A DNA stretch of 64,000 bases from Balanoglossus misakiensis (lineage: Eukaryota > Animalia > Hemichordata), in the NCBI GenBank assembly GCA_040954595.2, contig CM082577.2, positions 14,949,903-15,013,902 on the forward strand, given 5' to 3'. Shown here in pieces: positions 1 through 12,636 of the stretch; within the stretch, counting starts at the first letter, position 1; each line of letters opens with the position of its first letter. The notes beneath the pieces are model-generated. The model was not told the origin of the DNA. It worked only from the letters and a program-made list of their open reading frames with translations, and did not search any database. A program made the translations under genes and the position numbers.

Positions 1-497
1 TCTAGCAATGCATTCAGACAATTGCCATCAGCCATGGACTCTATGCCAAGAACCTTTTCTGTGAGATGCATGTTAATAAGCACTTATACATTTATAGGAC
101 TGTAACTCATGATAATCATACATTGCAGTGTCCAGGACTCATGACTTAGATGGAGCATTGATAGCAGACAAGATAGTGATGCCCAACAGGTAGTACATCT
201 GCTCTAACAGCAACAACATTTATTTCATTTGATCACTTCAACTCTGTGGTCATAAAAAAACCCTGTGAAACTGCAGAATGTAAGGACCATGGACTGCCAT
301 GAATTGCTGACTAGACATTCTTTTCTGTAAAACTGTTCGTCAGATAAGAATTTGTTTTAAAATTTAGTAGGCATGTTCCAAGGGGTAACCCAAGTAAGAT
401 GTTGTAAAGCATTTAGTGAAATGTGCATATTTGTGCTTTTGCCACTTTTGAACCATTATTGTTTTCTTTGAAACAGGGCTCTTTGAAACTGCATTAA

Positions 498-1230
498 GGT
501 GGCACTGCATGAAACCGTCGAGACTTTTTCAGAGGCCTATTTCTCATCAAAGACAAAGTTAAAACCCCCATAAACCATATATATTCTGGAAGCTGAGATT
601 TTGAACTTTTGTTTGAGTTGCAAATATTATTGATCCCCGGAAATGGTGGCGATTTTGGGTGAAAAAACCCATTTTTTGATATTATGTCATGAAATTTAAA
701 ATAGGTAAAAAAGTTGACCATGCATCATGCATCTTAATATGTCATTCGAAACTAGAGTACACTTGCAAAAAAACGCTAATTTTGTTTTGCGTTATCTGCT
801 TCCATTGAGGAGTAACAGCGTTTAAAAGTTAGATTTTCAGAAAATTTGATCAAATTCACGGTGAGTTGTATTGAATCAGAGTTTATTCCCGCCAGGGACA
901 CTTTATCGACAAACAAAACTAGCGTTTTGTTGGATGGGTCATACACAATTCCCTGTCAAAATTTGAGCAAATTCGGCCAACGCAGGGCGAAGCTATTTTA
1001 GTCCGAAGTTGTCAAAAGCAGCGAAAATGCAAACCGAGAAAAACGGCCATTTGCATTGTTGACACCTATTTGTTAAGCTGTGAACTCATTCAGAAAAGTG
1101 CTATTTTGGGGTGATTATGCACCATTTCCGCCAAGACGTATTAGTCAGGGTGTGGGTCAGTATAAGGCCTACCGATTTAAGTAAAAAAGTAAAATTTGGC
1201 AAAAATCACAACTTTTCATGCAATGCCACC
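498..1230. mobile_element. Non-autonomous TTAA-targeting DNA transposon (Kolobok-like MITE)
   Basis: TIRs GGTGGCAcTGCATGAAA / TTTCATGCAaTGCCACC flanked by TTAA at 494-497 and 1231-1234; RR termini plus TTAA TSD fit Kolobok. A second, inverted partial copy ends at 31735. Confidence 0.8.
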
Positions 1231-2606
1231 TTAATATGTTGATTAGATGACAGTTTTTCTAAACCAGGACAAGATTTCGACAATTGCGTTTACGGACGAT
1301 AGATTTTTCGTAAGAAACAAATGGCTGTCGCTTATCCCTTATGCTGCCAAAGTTTGTGAAGCTGGTTTGATTTCCAGGTTGCCTAGAATCCTGGCACAAA
1401 GGCCTGTTTGGCTGCCAAGTGTGTGTTACTCGGTAGGGCCTTTACAAGACCCTCAGCCAAACCAGTGAAAACCAGTACTATATAGTACATTTTGCGGGGG
1501 TCTAAAATGCAAAGGTATGTCTAATTACATTATATTATGTACCGGTATGTGAGCCATACCGTTCAAAATAGGTTTAGAAAGAGAAAATGGCATATATATA
1601 TTTTAAAGGACTTGACACCCTAAACAGGTATGACACCCATTAGTGTTAGGGTTAAACTGATCATGTCATGAAATAAAGCATCTGCCATATTGGAATTTAC
1701 AGTGAACGTCCAAATGCACACCAAATTCATACAGCTGGTTTTGAAAGAAGACAGCTCTGTGAAGGATAGTTCTTTTAAATGATCATGGTATGAATTCATA
1801 AAAAAATTACATTCAACATCAGAAGTTTACTTTGAACACACAAATGATGCAGTGTTGAAATGCCTCTACAAACCCATGAATTGATATAAAAAATTATGAA
1901 TATCAGCCAAGTTTTATCATTCATTCAAAAAATACCCTGTGACCCATGTAGAAGTATGGTCTCGGTAAAAGGTTCCAATGCTCGTCCCATTCTATTGTTG
2001 CAGCTGAGCATTTCAAAGAAAATCTCATTTGCATATAGGTAAAAGCAAGCTTAGGTTACCAATTTGGTGGACACTTTCATCAAAAAATAAAAGTCTGATT
2101 TTGTCTCATTTCATGTCATAGCAAGAAAGTAGGACTGCTACTGTTTATGGAGACATATGTTAAAAGATAACTTTCTGAAGAATTTTTCTGATACAGCCAG
2201 TCATTTTATGATATGCAAAACACCTACTACGGATGTGACCTTCATTTTTTTCAGAGAAAAACTTTCACAAAGGAACACAAGAACAAGTTAAATATACATT
2301 TCATTTCATATTTGATGAAGAGAAAGCTTAGTGAAAGATGTAAACCAGTTTGCAACGGTTAAAAACCATATTTACTTACTCATACAGGAAACTGTAACAT
2401 ACGTCAGTTAATTTGCATTGCTTAAATTCAGGAACTGTGTCATACACTTTCAATATTTTAACAACAATGTGATAATAAAGCTCCACATTCTATATAGGTG
2501 GGTACAGATACAAGAAGTCTTCATTAGGTTAGCCGAAGTAAGAGTTTGAGACAAAGTTTATAAAACACAACCCAGTTTTTAGGTCCCATTGGTATAGGCA
2601 TATATA

Positions 2607-2951
2607 TGTGGGGGTGAATTTATTGAGCAAAGCTCTTTATATCGGACTTCCGTGAAACCACGAACTGGTACAGAACAGTACTGCGATGCGTGCGACTCGC
2701 AGTTTTCCAAAAACAACACTGAACTCGAAATTCCAGAATGTCAGCTCCAAAAATAGTCCATCGGACGCGGGAAACCCATGAGCACCGATTGGCTCAAACC
2801 GTAGGATTTTGCTACATTTGACGTCAGTTTCACCGGCAATGCATAAATTAAAGCTCAACCAAATCCGGTTTTTGCATCAAGCTCAAGCACTAAAAACACG
2901 AAACAACATGTAAATCATCAAAGATATTTCCTTTTCCCAAACCTTACGATA
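2607..2951 (-). repeat. 3' LTR of BEL element
   Basis: Near-identical to the split 5' LTR (one substitution seen by eye); preceded on the minus strand by a BEL-type PPT-like GGGCCCGCCGGAGAA (2952-2966). Confidence 0.93.
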
Positions 2952-3137
2952 TTCTCCGGCGGGCCCAAAGTGAAAATCCGACTGAAAGTCATTTTAATAG
3001 GCTAGAGTCAATGTACGAAATCGTCGAATGAATATCGATGGGAAAAGTTGTCGAAATCTAACACTGAAACAAACACAGCAAAAATATGCGAAAAGTTCTG
3101 ACACTAATGTTTAATGTCATAGAATCGTCCAGATTGT

Positions 3138-6100
3138 TCATAAGTCCTTGATACAATTCTGGATCAGTTGTCGGGCAGCGATGGCTGTTTTCCGTTTTGG
3201 ACGAACACTTCGATGGTCGTCTGGTTGCGTTGTGTCTTCGCGATCCACTCCTCCTTGAGTGAACGCAGGAACGTCGTGTTCAGGACGATCGTCCGTAGTT
3301 TCCACACAGTTGGGTGACTGCACCTCCAGCGGGTAAAGTTTCTGGATTGGTCGATTGGTTTTACCCGATGATGTCTTGATTTCTGCAGATCTTACCAGAC
3401 CATCGTTCCCGTAATAAAGTTTGAGAACTTTGGCCATTCTCCATTTCATTCGTTTGTCCACATCACTGTGTACAAGTACTATGTCACCAACCTGAATAGA
3501 ATTGGTTTTTGTACCAGTGGCAGTCAGTTGATGTCGCTCTCTGAGGGCGGTGAGGTATTCGGTAGACCATCTCTTCCAAAAGTCAGACAGAAGATGACAC
3601 AAATGACGGTGTCGCTCATTGAGTGTGTTGTGGTTTCCATATGATGGATCATTGTATTCATCTAGGTCCACAGGTAAGTTCGGTAGAGGCGTTAATGGTC
3701 GACCGTTCAGTAGATGTGACGGAGTCAAGGCAACCGGGTCATCCTCAGTTGTAGACACATAGGTCAAAGGTCGATCATTGAGCGTCCCTTCAATCTCCGC
3801 GAGAAGAGTGCGTAGTTCTTCGAACGTGATAAACGAGCGACCTAGTACTTTTTTGATCGCGGTCTTCGTCAGGCCAATTAAACGTTCCCAAAACCCACCA
3901 TACCAGGGTGCGCGTTTTGGTATGAAAGTCCAAGTGACGCGATGTTCAGAAAGTTCTTTCTTGACTTCAGCTGACTCGAATAAATCACGGAGTTCGTCAG
4001 CAGCAGAAAGATATGTTGAAGCATTGTCCGATAACATTTTCGTAGGTAGAGATCGCCGTGCTGCGAAACGTCGAAATGCCATCATAAAGGAGTGAGTGCT
4101 CAGGTCTGGCACAAGTTCAAGATGGACTGCACGTGTTACTGCGCATGTAAACAAGCACACGTAACATTTCATTTCTTTCTTGTCTGTTGTTTTGACGAAT
4201 AAAGCTCCTGTGAAATCAACTCCCGTTACCGTGAACGGTGGCACCATGTTTACACGATAGTCCGGTAATGGTGCAGTTAATGGCTTTTGATACGGTTTGC
4301 CATCAACACGTCGACAAGTTACACATTTGCGCGCGATAGACTTCACTGCGCGTCGAATCTGCGGTATCCAGTAGCGTTGTCGTAGTGACGTGATGACGGA
4401 TTGAGTTCCACCGTGTTTGAGTCGGATATGATCATGTCGAATAATCAGATCGGTAAAATGATGACCATTGGGCAGTAGGATGGGGAACTTGGTAGCGAAA
4501 TTTACCGGTGCGTTATGTATGCGTCCCCCGCAGCGTAGAATTTCGTCATCATCAATGAAAAGTTTCAGCTGTCTTACTAACGGACCGTATTTCTTGTTTT
4601 GACCACGTAGCGAATTTATGGTATCGCGGTATGTGTCGCTCTGGATTTCTTTGATCCATATGATTTCTGATTCATTGATCTCGTCAGCTGTGATCGGTCC
4701 GCGTGGTACATCGCTTCTGTGTTTCAGTATAGACACAAAGCGGCGAACATATGCAGTAATTCGAAGGAGTTTGTTTAGAGAACTGTAGTTTGATGCGTCA
4801 ATAGCATGTTGAATTCCAACGGGAATCTCGCTCGGTGCGACAATTTCTGACGGCGAATTTATTTGTGGCGACTCGCGTGTGTACGGTTCATTGTGCGGCA
4901 AGTTGCAATGAACGGCGTAGTCATCATTGACAGCAGGCAATACAGAACGTACCCCTTCGGAGGGTAAACTAGCTAGGTGGTGGACTGAAGTGTCGTTTTC
5001 CTCAGTCGTGACCTCACCAAAGTTCGCGATTGTATCAGTTTGTTCCTCGAACAATGGGGAGTCAAACAGATGGCAGATAGGACAACTATCTTTCGTTGGC
5101 AACCACTCTGGTCCTTTCCACCAGAGTTCAGACTTGTTCAGCTCTTCAGCAGAAATTCCGCGTGTAAGAAGATCAGCGGGATTGTAGGCGGTTGGACAGT
5201 ATTTGTAGTCTTGTGGGAAATCTTTTATTTCCTTCACTCTGTTTGCTGTGAAGATAGGCAGCTTTTTATCGCTATTTATCCAATGTAGTACGATCTGCGA
5301 ATCTGACCAAAGAACGCGTTTTGTGAAGTTGTATTTTGAAGATAGCGCGTCGCACACGAATTTACTCAGTCGAGTGGCGATAACAGCGGCCACCAGCTCC
5401 AATCTGGGCAAAGTCAGTGTCTTGTTGTTGATTGGAGCCACGCGGTTTTTAGCCATGACAAGTGCGGTTTCGTTATATTTCTTTAGGTAAACAACAGCAC
5501 CGTAAGCTTTCATTGAAGCGTCAGCGAAAACGTGTAGTTCGCAGTCGGTATTGACTGGCTTGGCAGTCTCAGGAAAATATTGCCGGTTCAATGCAGTATT
5601 GGCGCTTTGATTCAAATTATCAGCGATTGTACACCATGCGTTTGACATGTTGTCCTCGAGGGGCTCATCCCAATGTACATCGGCTTTCCATATTTCTTGG
5701 ATGAGTAGTTTTGCTTTGACATGCACGGGTGAAAGTAGACCCAGCGGGTCATACAGTGACGCTGTATGACTGACCACGTCGCGTTTAGTGGGTAGCACGT
5801 TTGGGGATTTATCAGCGATATCTTTGTACGTGAGCGTATCATTTTCTGTGTTCCATTGCATTCCGAGAGTATTTACACGCGGTGACGGATTTAGTTTGTT
5901 GTCATTCTCAGCAAGTGTACGCACAGAGTCATTGTTCGATGACCACGAACGCAAGTTGAAACCACAAGAATCCATGAGTTTGTTGGATTCCGCGTAGTAT
6001 GTTTTGGCTTCAGTTTCAGAAGCGCATCCACTGATTACATCATCAACGTAAATATCTCGCTTCAAGTCCGAGGCGGCGGGAATTTCCGTATTAGCTTCTA

Positions 6101-6169
6101 GCTGCGTCTTTACAACGGCGTTGAGTATGAATGGGCTACAAACCGCTCCGAATAAAACCGATTTGAACT
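3138..6169 (-). pseudogene. BEL pol, 3' part: RT C-terminal half (YVDD), RNase H, integrase
   Basis: Motifs YVDD, YDPLG, FADAS, LPRLEL, WSDS, NPADLLTRG, HHCC zinc finger, GVDFTG...SDNAS...GGFWERL. The frame continues upstream of the 975-aa ORF to the insertion site (KSVLFGAVCSPFIL). Confidence 0.93.
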
Positions 6170-9100
6170 CAGGGGTACCTAAGAAATTGTAGTTCAGAGA
6201 AAGAAATCGGTCGTCTTGCTCCCCAACCCGGTAGTTCAGAACTATTTTCCCGTCATTCGGAACCCAAAATCTGTAGTTCAGAACTCAAGTCCCGTAATTC
6301 AGACCCGAAACGCGGCGTTCAGAAAGTGGTTTCACGCAATTTCCACCATTGAGGGCGCAAACAAGATGGCCGACCACAGTGGAAAGATCGGCGATGGTGA
6401 GTATTTTCTGTGATTTGTATATATTTATGACGATTTTTGTCACAAAATATATCGCGTACAGTGTAACTGGCCATGATGCTTAGCTTTGTAAAGTTTCACG
6501 GTTCAGTGTTTCGGAGTTACAGAGAAATCTGCGTCCCAGCTCTTTTACCGGGCAGCTCTTAGTACATGTACACTGCAATGTGTAGTTGTCGTACACGTTT
6601 TACAATTACGATCCCTAGCAAATACCTATACATGTACATGTACCGTTTGAGTTAGGCAGGCATAATTGATGATGGCTTATGGGAAGTAATGTATTTTGAG
6701 TTTCCTTTTGAATGAGAGACAGAATAAGGCATTGAACTTTTGTCAATACAGCGTAATGGCAGGCCTATGTTCAGAAAATTTGATGCAGACAGTGTAGATA
6801 CATGTATGTGACCACAGATAGCCCCTTCCACCTTGTTCATACCAAGTGTGTGTGTGTTTATCATTGATTAGTATAACAAACAAGGAAACATTAATTTTAA
6901 TTTATTTGTTTGTCTGTTTACAAATATGGGCATGTTTGTTTGTTCATTTTTTTGTAAACAGGCTAAGATTACCTGGTATGTTAGGGAATAGGGTTCGCGT
7001 GCAGTGGGATTGGGGTCACGTCCCCTCTCTCACGAGTACCCCATATTGCAAATGTTTACTTTTAGTACATGTATTGTCGCCTCGATCTTCAAGCAAATTT
7101 CAAACCTTCACATCCATTAAAATTGAATAATTTTCTCCATGATTTTTTTTCCTTAAATGTTTTAACTGTTTTTTATTTTTCCATAGCAATGCACGTTCTG
7201 CACAATATTGAATGCAGTGAAGCTTTGGATTGAAAGCCATGATCAATGCTCATCTGACTGAAGTCTATTCCGAGAAGAAATAGTACCACTTGGATTCATA
7301 TGCTGTTTGTTCTTGTTAATCAAGATATTTCGAAAACACAAATTTATACAAATTGAGACGATGAGCACAGAGAGCAGCCAGCATATTATTTAATGTTTTA
7401 TCAGTTATTGTTTGATTGTTAAAAAATAAATCCTCTGCCAGTGGGGTACTACGCCACCTTTACCCCTCAGTCCATGTCTGTCCACTATCACCACTGTTTA
7501 TATCTAAAGAAACGGCCCCTATAGTATATCTGTTAAAATGTTCCAGCTAAAGCACACTGACCAGTTTCTCAAAGAGATTCCCATTCACATATTAACCCCT
7601 GCACAAACAGCTGGCTGTTATATGGCTGACCACGCAATGTTTGTGTAGGGATTAATCACATGTGAATGGTGATCTCTTGGAAAAACTGGTCAGTGGATTT
7701 TAGCTTGGACACTTTAACTGAAAGGGACTGTTTCTTTAGATATATACACTGATACGGATAGTGGACAGACATGGGCCTAGGGGTAAAGGTGGTGTAGTAC
7801 CCCAATGGCAGAGGATTTATTTATTAACAATCAAACAATAACTGATAAAATATCAAATAACATGCTGACTGCTCTCAGACTCTGTGCTCTTATCGTATAA
7901 ATTTGTTTTTGAATAAAATAAACAAACAATATATCTTTTGATGTGGCCATCAGTTTCCGATAGTATGTTGCACATGAAATAGAGGCAGATAATTGTTTAA
8001 CTTGGAACACATTTCTTTAACAAAACGTTTTATAAATGAGAACTTCCTATGACCATTAAAATAAATTTTTGAAAGTTACTGTCATGTGCACTGTCTCTTG
8101 TCTATTTATGCTTTATACCTGATTGTTCACAATTTTCTACATTAAAGGCAAAAGGTGTTTGGATAAAATAATACAGACACATCAAATGAAGTTGAAAGTC
8201 TTTTAATTACACAAATACAATCTATATCACACTTAATGTGCTCTGCCATGTTTTATCAGCTGGCTCCTCTAACACTTCAGGTATCTTGCCCTCAACTTCA
8301 TCACCAAAAACTCCATCTGTCTTAGTCCCCTCACTAGATGGTACTTAATCTGATCTAGTACCAACATTTCCTTCACCAGATTCGAAAGAGCTTGTTGAAA
8401 TATGACTTCTTAAACTGACAGCTTCACTGCATTCAATATTTTGCAGAACTTGCGTTGCTATGGAAAAATAAAACAAGTAAAAACATTTAAGTAAAACAAA
8501 TCATTGAGAAAATTACTCAATTTTAATGGACATGAAGGTTTAAAATTTGCCAGAAGAGCGAGGCAACAATACTAAAAGTAAACATCCCTAACCCTAACAT
8601 ACCCTAACCTCAACCTGTTTACAAACAAATGAACAAACAAACATGCCCATATTTGTAAACAGACAAACAAATAAATTAAAATTAATGTTTCCTTGTTTGT
8701 TATACTAATCAATGATAAACACACACACACTTGGTATGAACAAGGTGGAATGGGCTATCTGTGGTCACATACATGTATCTACACTGTCTGCATCAAATTT
8801 TCTGAACATAGGCCTGCCATTACGCTGTATTGACAAAAGTTCAATGCCTTATTCTGTCTCTCATTCAAAAGGAAACTCAAAATACATTACTTCCCATAAG
8901 CCATCATCAATTATGCCTGCCTAACTCAAACGGTACATGTATAGGTATTTGCTAGGGATCGTAATTGTAAAACGTGTACGACAACTACACATTGTATATA
9001 CAGTGTACATGTACTAAGAGCTGCCCGGTAAAAGAGCTGGGACGCAGATTTCTCTGTAATTCCGAAACACTGAACCGTGAAACTTTACAAAGCTAAGCAT

Positions 9101-9406
9101 CATGGCCAGTTACACTGTACGCGATATATTTTGTGACAAAAATCGTCATAAATATATAGAAATCACAGAAAATACTCACCATCGCCGATCTTTCCACTGT
9201 GGTCGGCCATCTTGTTTGCGCCCTCAATGGTGGAAATTGCGTGAAACCACTTTCTGAACGCCGCGTTTCGGGTCTGAATTACGGGACTTGAGTTCTGAAC
9301 TACAGATTTTGGGTTCCGAATGACGGGAAAATAGTTCTGAACTACCGGGTTGGGGAGCAAGACGACCGATTTCTTTCTCTGAACTACAATTTCTTAGGTA
9401 CCCCTG
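6170..9406. mobile_element. Foldback-type non-autonomous DNA transposon with very long TIRs and 5-bp TSD (hAT5-like or unclassified)
   Basis: Termini CAGGGGTACCTAAG / CTTAGGTACCCCTG; TSD GAACT at 6165-6169 and 9407-9411. About 790 bp of near-perfect TIR plus ~200 bp of diverged extension. Excision restores the RT motif VTYQF-KSVLFG. Confidence 0.9.
7363..7889. repeat. Internal diverged inverted repeat (hairpin) inside the foldback element
   Basis: 7363-7609 is the approximate reverse complement of 7638-7889 (e.g. AATAAATCCTCTGCCA..GGGGTACTAC vs GTAGTACCCC..TGGCAGAGGATTTATT), with a loop of ~28 nt. Confidence 0.85.
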
Positions 9407-12035
9407 GAACTGATATGTGACGAATTCACTTTCGGTGTCACTCGCGTTTGAAAGCCACAAGAACTTTGTGAACTTTCTATCGTGTGGTTCAAGTCGTATT
9501 TGAAGGAATGCCTTCTCGATATCGCTAGCGATTGCGATCGGATTTGCTCTGAAGCGCAGTAGAATGGACGTTAAATCGTTCAATAACGGTGGCCCTGTTA
9601 ACAAACAATCGTTCAGGCTTGGAGACGTGTTGCCACCTTTGCAACTACAATCGTAAACGATACGAATGGGTGTGGTCGCGGAGTCTTTTTTGACGTGTCT
9701 ATGCGGCAGGTAGTGACCACCTTCAGGGTTGTTGTTTTCGACGCGTTCAATGAAACCCTGTTTTTCTTGATCAGCGATGACTTTATCGTATATAGTTAGA
9801 ATGTCCGAAGGAAGTCTGCGTATCATTGCGCGTGTTCTATTACTAGCAACACGAAAGTTAGTAGGTAGCGGATCATGGTCCGGTTTCCATGGTAACTTGG
9901 CGACGAAGTGATTGTCCTCGCGACGAAGATGCGTATCTCTATATGCTTCGAATTCGGCTTCTTTGGTGAGCTCGGTGTCGGTTCGCGATACGTTGTCTTT
10001 TATGCCAATGGACTCTAAGTCCCAATATGAAGTTATCGCGTTGTCATTCAAAGTGTCCGTAATGACATGGAATACGTTCGCAGCAGTAGTAGATTTCCCT
10101 TTCAGTTTTTGGCCGGAGAGTAAGTAGCCGAATGGCGAACTAACGGCGGTAGGACCTTGACCGCGGATAATTTCGTTTCCTACAAAACTCCAGTAATAAT
10201 CCGCGCCTATGAGAATATCAATATCGTAGCACCCGTCGTTCGAGACAGGGTGGGCCAAACGGAGGCCCTGCAAGTACGGTAATGTCAGCAGATACGGATC
10301 AACATGATTTTTGAGGCCCGCGGAAATTTCGGGAATCAGAAGCGCGTCAATTGGTAATTTGTTACCAGCTATGGTGTGGAGATCGAAAGTCCCTTTCTTC
10401 ATGGAACGCATGCGTGTGTGTTTATTTCCGAAGGCGGCGAGATTGAGCGATTCTGAGCGTGAAATATTGGCGCGAACGCGATCGGCGAAACTTTCTGTTA
10501 CGAATGTACGGTTCGCCCCTTCATCGAAAAGTACTGTAGCGTTGATGACAGTTCCGTTGTTTGCGGAGACTGGGATTTTAGCAGTTTTCAATAGTACCGG
10601 ACCGGTCAGTGCACTACTCCCGGATGAGAAGTGTACCTGTGTATTTTCTGACATTGATGAACGTCGTTCGCTGTCATTTGCAGAATTGTTCACTTTGTGT
10701 CCCTTGTTTCGTTCAGTTTGACGGCCACTTTCACTGCGGGACTCGGTTTGGTTTCCGGCTCTATTGTTGCGAACAAAGTCAGTTTGATGTAGCGAAGTAT
10801 GATGTTTGCGTTGACAGTGTCTGCACGAGTATTTGGAAATGCATTTTCCGACTACATGTTTTCCCAGACAGTTATAGCAAAGTTTGTCTCGGCGTACAAT
10901 CTCCATACGTGACTTAGCATCAGATACAACTGTGCAATCGTTTGGTGAATGAGTTCCTTTGCAGTAGACGCAGGGATGTTGCTGATTTGGTGACCGAGAA
11001 AATCTCTGCCCTCGAGTCGTAGAATTGGAATGAAAGGTGGCGATGGTTGCCGGGTGGCGATGGACATCACTGTCGTTGCCTACAGATCTGGCCCTTATTT
11101 CACATAGGACGGCTTTGCGGAGATCGGGCAAGTCCCAGGGAACTTCTCCGCGAGAACGAGCCAGTATTTGCTGTACCTCTGTGGGTAGTTTTTCCAGTAT
11201 CATGGGTATAAGTAGTTTCCCCATATGAAGTTTCTTTCTCTCCCAGAGCGTCTAGACCGCGTACGTGGGATTCGAGTGTATCGTAGAATTGACGTAGACT
11301 TGTTACATCAGCAGTCGGGGTGGGAAGTTCCCACAGAGCTTTCATGTGAGCGCTGATGATCGTTTGCGTTTGACCGTATCTTTCCTTCAAAATTGCTATA
11401 GCGTTGGCATAATTTGCCTCGGTAAGTTCAAGTCCTTCAATGGAGCGTGCTGCCTCGTCCGTTACGAGACTTCGTAGGTACGTGAACTTTTGAACGTTAG
11501 AAAGTGAACTGTCCTGATGAACAGATGCGTTGAATGTATCCATGAAGCTTACCCATTTCAGTGTGTTCCCTGCGAAAGTTTGGAGCTCGAGTTTGGATAG
11601 TTGAACCGTTTTTCGTTGGGCGACGACTGGCCGCGTAGATTCGGCCGTAGAAACAGCTGCGTTTCGAATTGTAGTGAAATCATGTTGATGAGTTTCGATA
11701 AACTGTCCGATGAGTTCTTTTCTCTCTGAAATTGTAACTTCGTAGTCGCCTGTTTCTTCGACATCTCTATCGGTTTCGGGATCTGGAGTGTTGTTGAAAA
11801 TCTGTTCGTCGATGGCTGCGAGTCGCGAATATCTCGTCAGGACGAGAGCGTAGGTTGCTTTGATTGTAGCGTAGACTTGTGACTTATCGGCCTCATCGTT
11901 TGAATCGTTGTATTGCGCGATTTCTCCTTCTGCTTTGTTGAAAGCCTTCGTAAGTTGCGATCGGCACACTGTTCTTCGTTTCTTGAGATCGGGAAGAGGG
12001 TTTTGAACCGCTGGTTGTTCGGCGTTGATAGACAT
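9407..12035 (-). pseudogene. BEL gag-protease-RT N-terminal half (one frameshift near 11220)
   Basis: ATG at 12035. DUF1759-like gag (LSKLELQTFAG..F.DTF..SVH..LSNVQKFTYL), three CCHC knuckles, protease LFDEGANRTF, RT PIRIVYDCS/SLNDCL/DIEKAFLQI. An extra G in the GGGG run at 11219-11222 splits ORFs 11100-12170 and 9224-11224. Confidence 0.92.
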
Positions 12036-12048
12036 CACGGAATCCGAT

Positions 12049-12066
12049 ATCCTGGTCTCGGCACCA
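12049..12066 (-). promoter_or_regulatory. Primer binding site, probably tRNA-His
   Basis: TGGTGCCGAGACCAGGAT lies 6 nt inside the 5' LTR; it matches the complement of the invertebrate tRNA-His 3' end as recalled (TGGTGCCGTGACCAGGAT) at 17/18. Confidence 0.8.
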
Positions 12067-12172
12067 AAATAATGTGGGGGTGAATTTATTGAGCAAAGCT
12101 CTTTATATCGGACTTCCGTGAAACCACGAACTGGTACAGAACAGTACTGTACCGTGGCCGAAATCGACACAC

Positions 12173-12397
12173 GGTGTAGGTTTCAAACCTACACTGTCCC
12201 TTTGCTACAAAATACGCGCGTACGGTGTAGGTTTCAAACCTACACTGCCCTTTGCTAGAAAATGCGCGCGTACGGTGTAGGTTTCAAACCTACACTGCCC
12301 TTTGCTAGAAAATGCGCGCGTACGGTGTAGGTTTCAAACCTACACTGTCCCTTTGGTGAAACGAAAAAAGCAAGTGTAGGTTTCAAGTAGTGTCCAC
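12173..12397 (+). repeat. Left TIR array: 4 copies of a ~50-bp unit containing the palindrome GTGTAGGTTTcAAACCTACAC
   Basis: Read directly; it is the reverse complement of the right array. Confidence 0.9.
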
Positions 12398-12442
12398 AAT
12401 GTTGTGATCAATTTACATGAGAACCTTTTAATTTCTGCACAG

Positions 12443-12636
12443 GTGGTTCCAACTGTCTACAGAGATTACCCTGCAATACAGATGAATTGGAAGATCATGC
12501 AAGTGTACCTAATTATGTGGGAGATTGTCAAATTACTGACTATTTGAATACCATCATGACTGAAGAACTGCCACCTAAAAGCCCTGCAGAAGCTAAAAGG
12601 TTGTATAGGACATTATTGGATATTCTGTTGAACTAA
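12443..12636 (+). pseudogene. Probable terminal exon of the IS3EU-type integrase/transposase
   Basis: Acceptor TTTCTGCACAG, then an open frame GSNCLQRLPCNTDELEDHASVPNYVGDCQITDYLNTIMTEELPPKSPAEAKRLYRTLLDILLN*. It resembles the recalled C-terminus (IM..L.P...EA..LY..L) of IS3-like eukaryotic integrases; no catalytic residues present. Confidence 0.5.

Noticed and set aside
2637-2858. LTR-encoded 73-aa and 103-aa ORFs
   Set aside because: TTG start, no recognisable motif; they recur only because the LTR is duplicated.
6216-9360. Duplicated small ORFs (65 aa and 70 aa) as real genes
   Set aside because: They are mirror images produced by the TIRs, and the 65-aa pair uses a TTG start; only the MADHSGKIGD portion has splice support.
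6170-9406. RAG-like/Transib element because of the 5-bp TSD
   Set aside because: Termini are CAG, not CAC; no RSS-like heptamer/nonamer or RAG1/RAG2 coding remnant is visible.
11214-11224. Programmed -1 frameshift at GGGAAAC between the two gag ORFs
   Set aside because: The heptamer is out of register and the needed shift is +1 in the middle of gag; a single extra G (mutation or homopolymer error) explains it.
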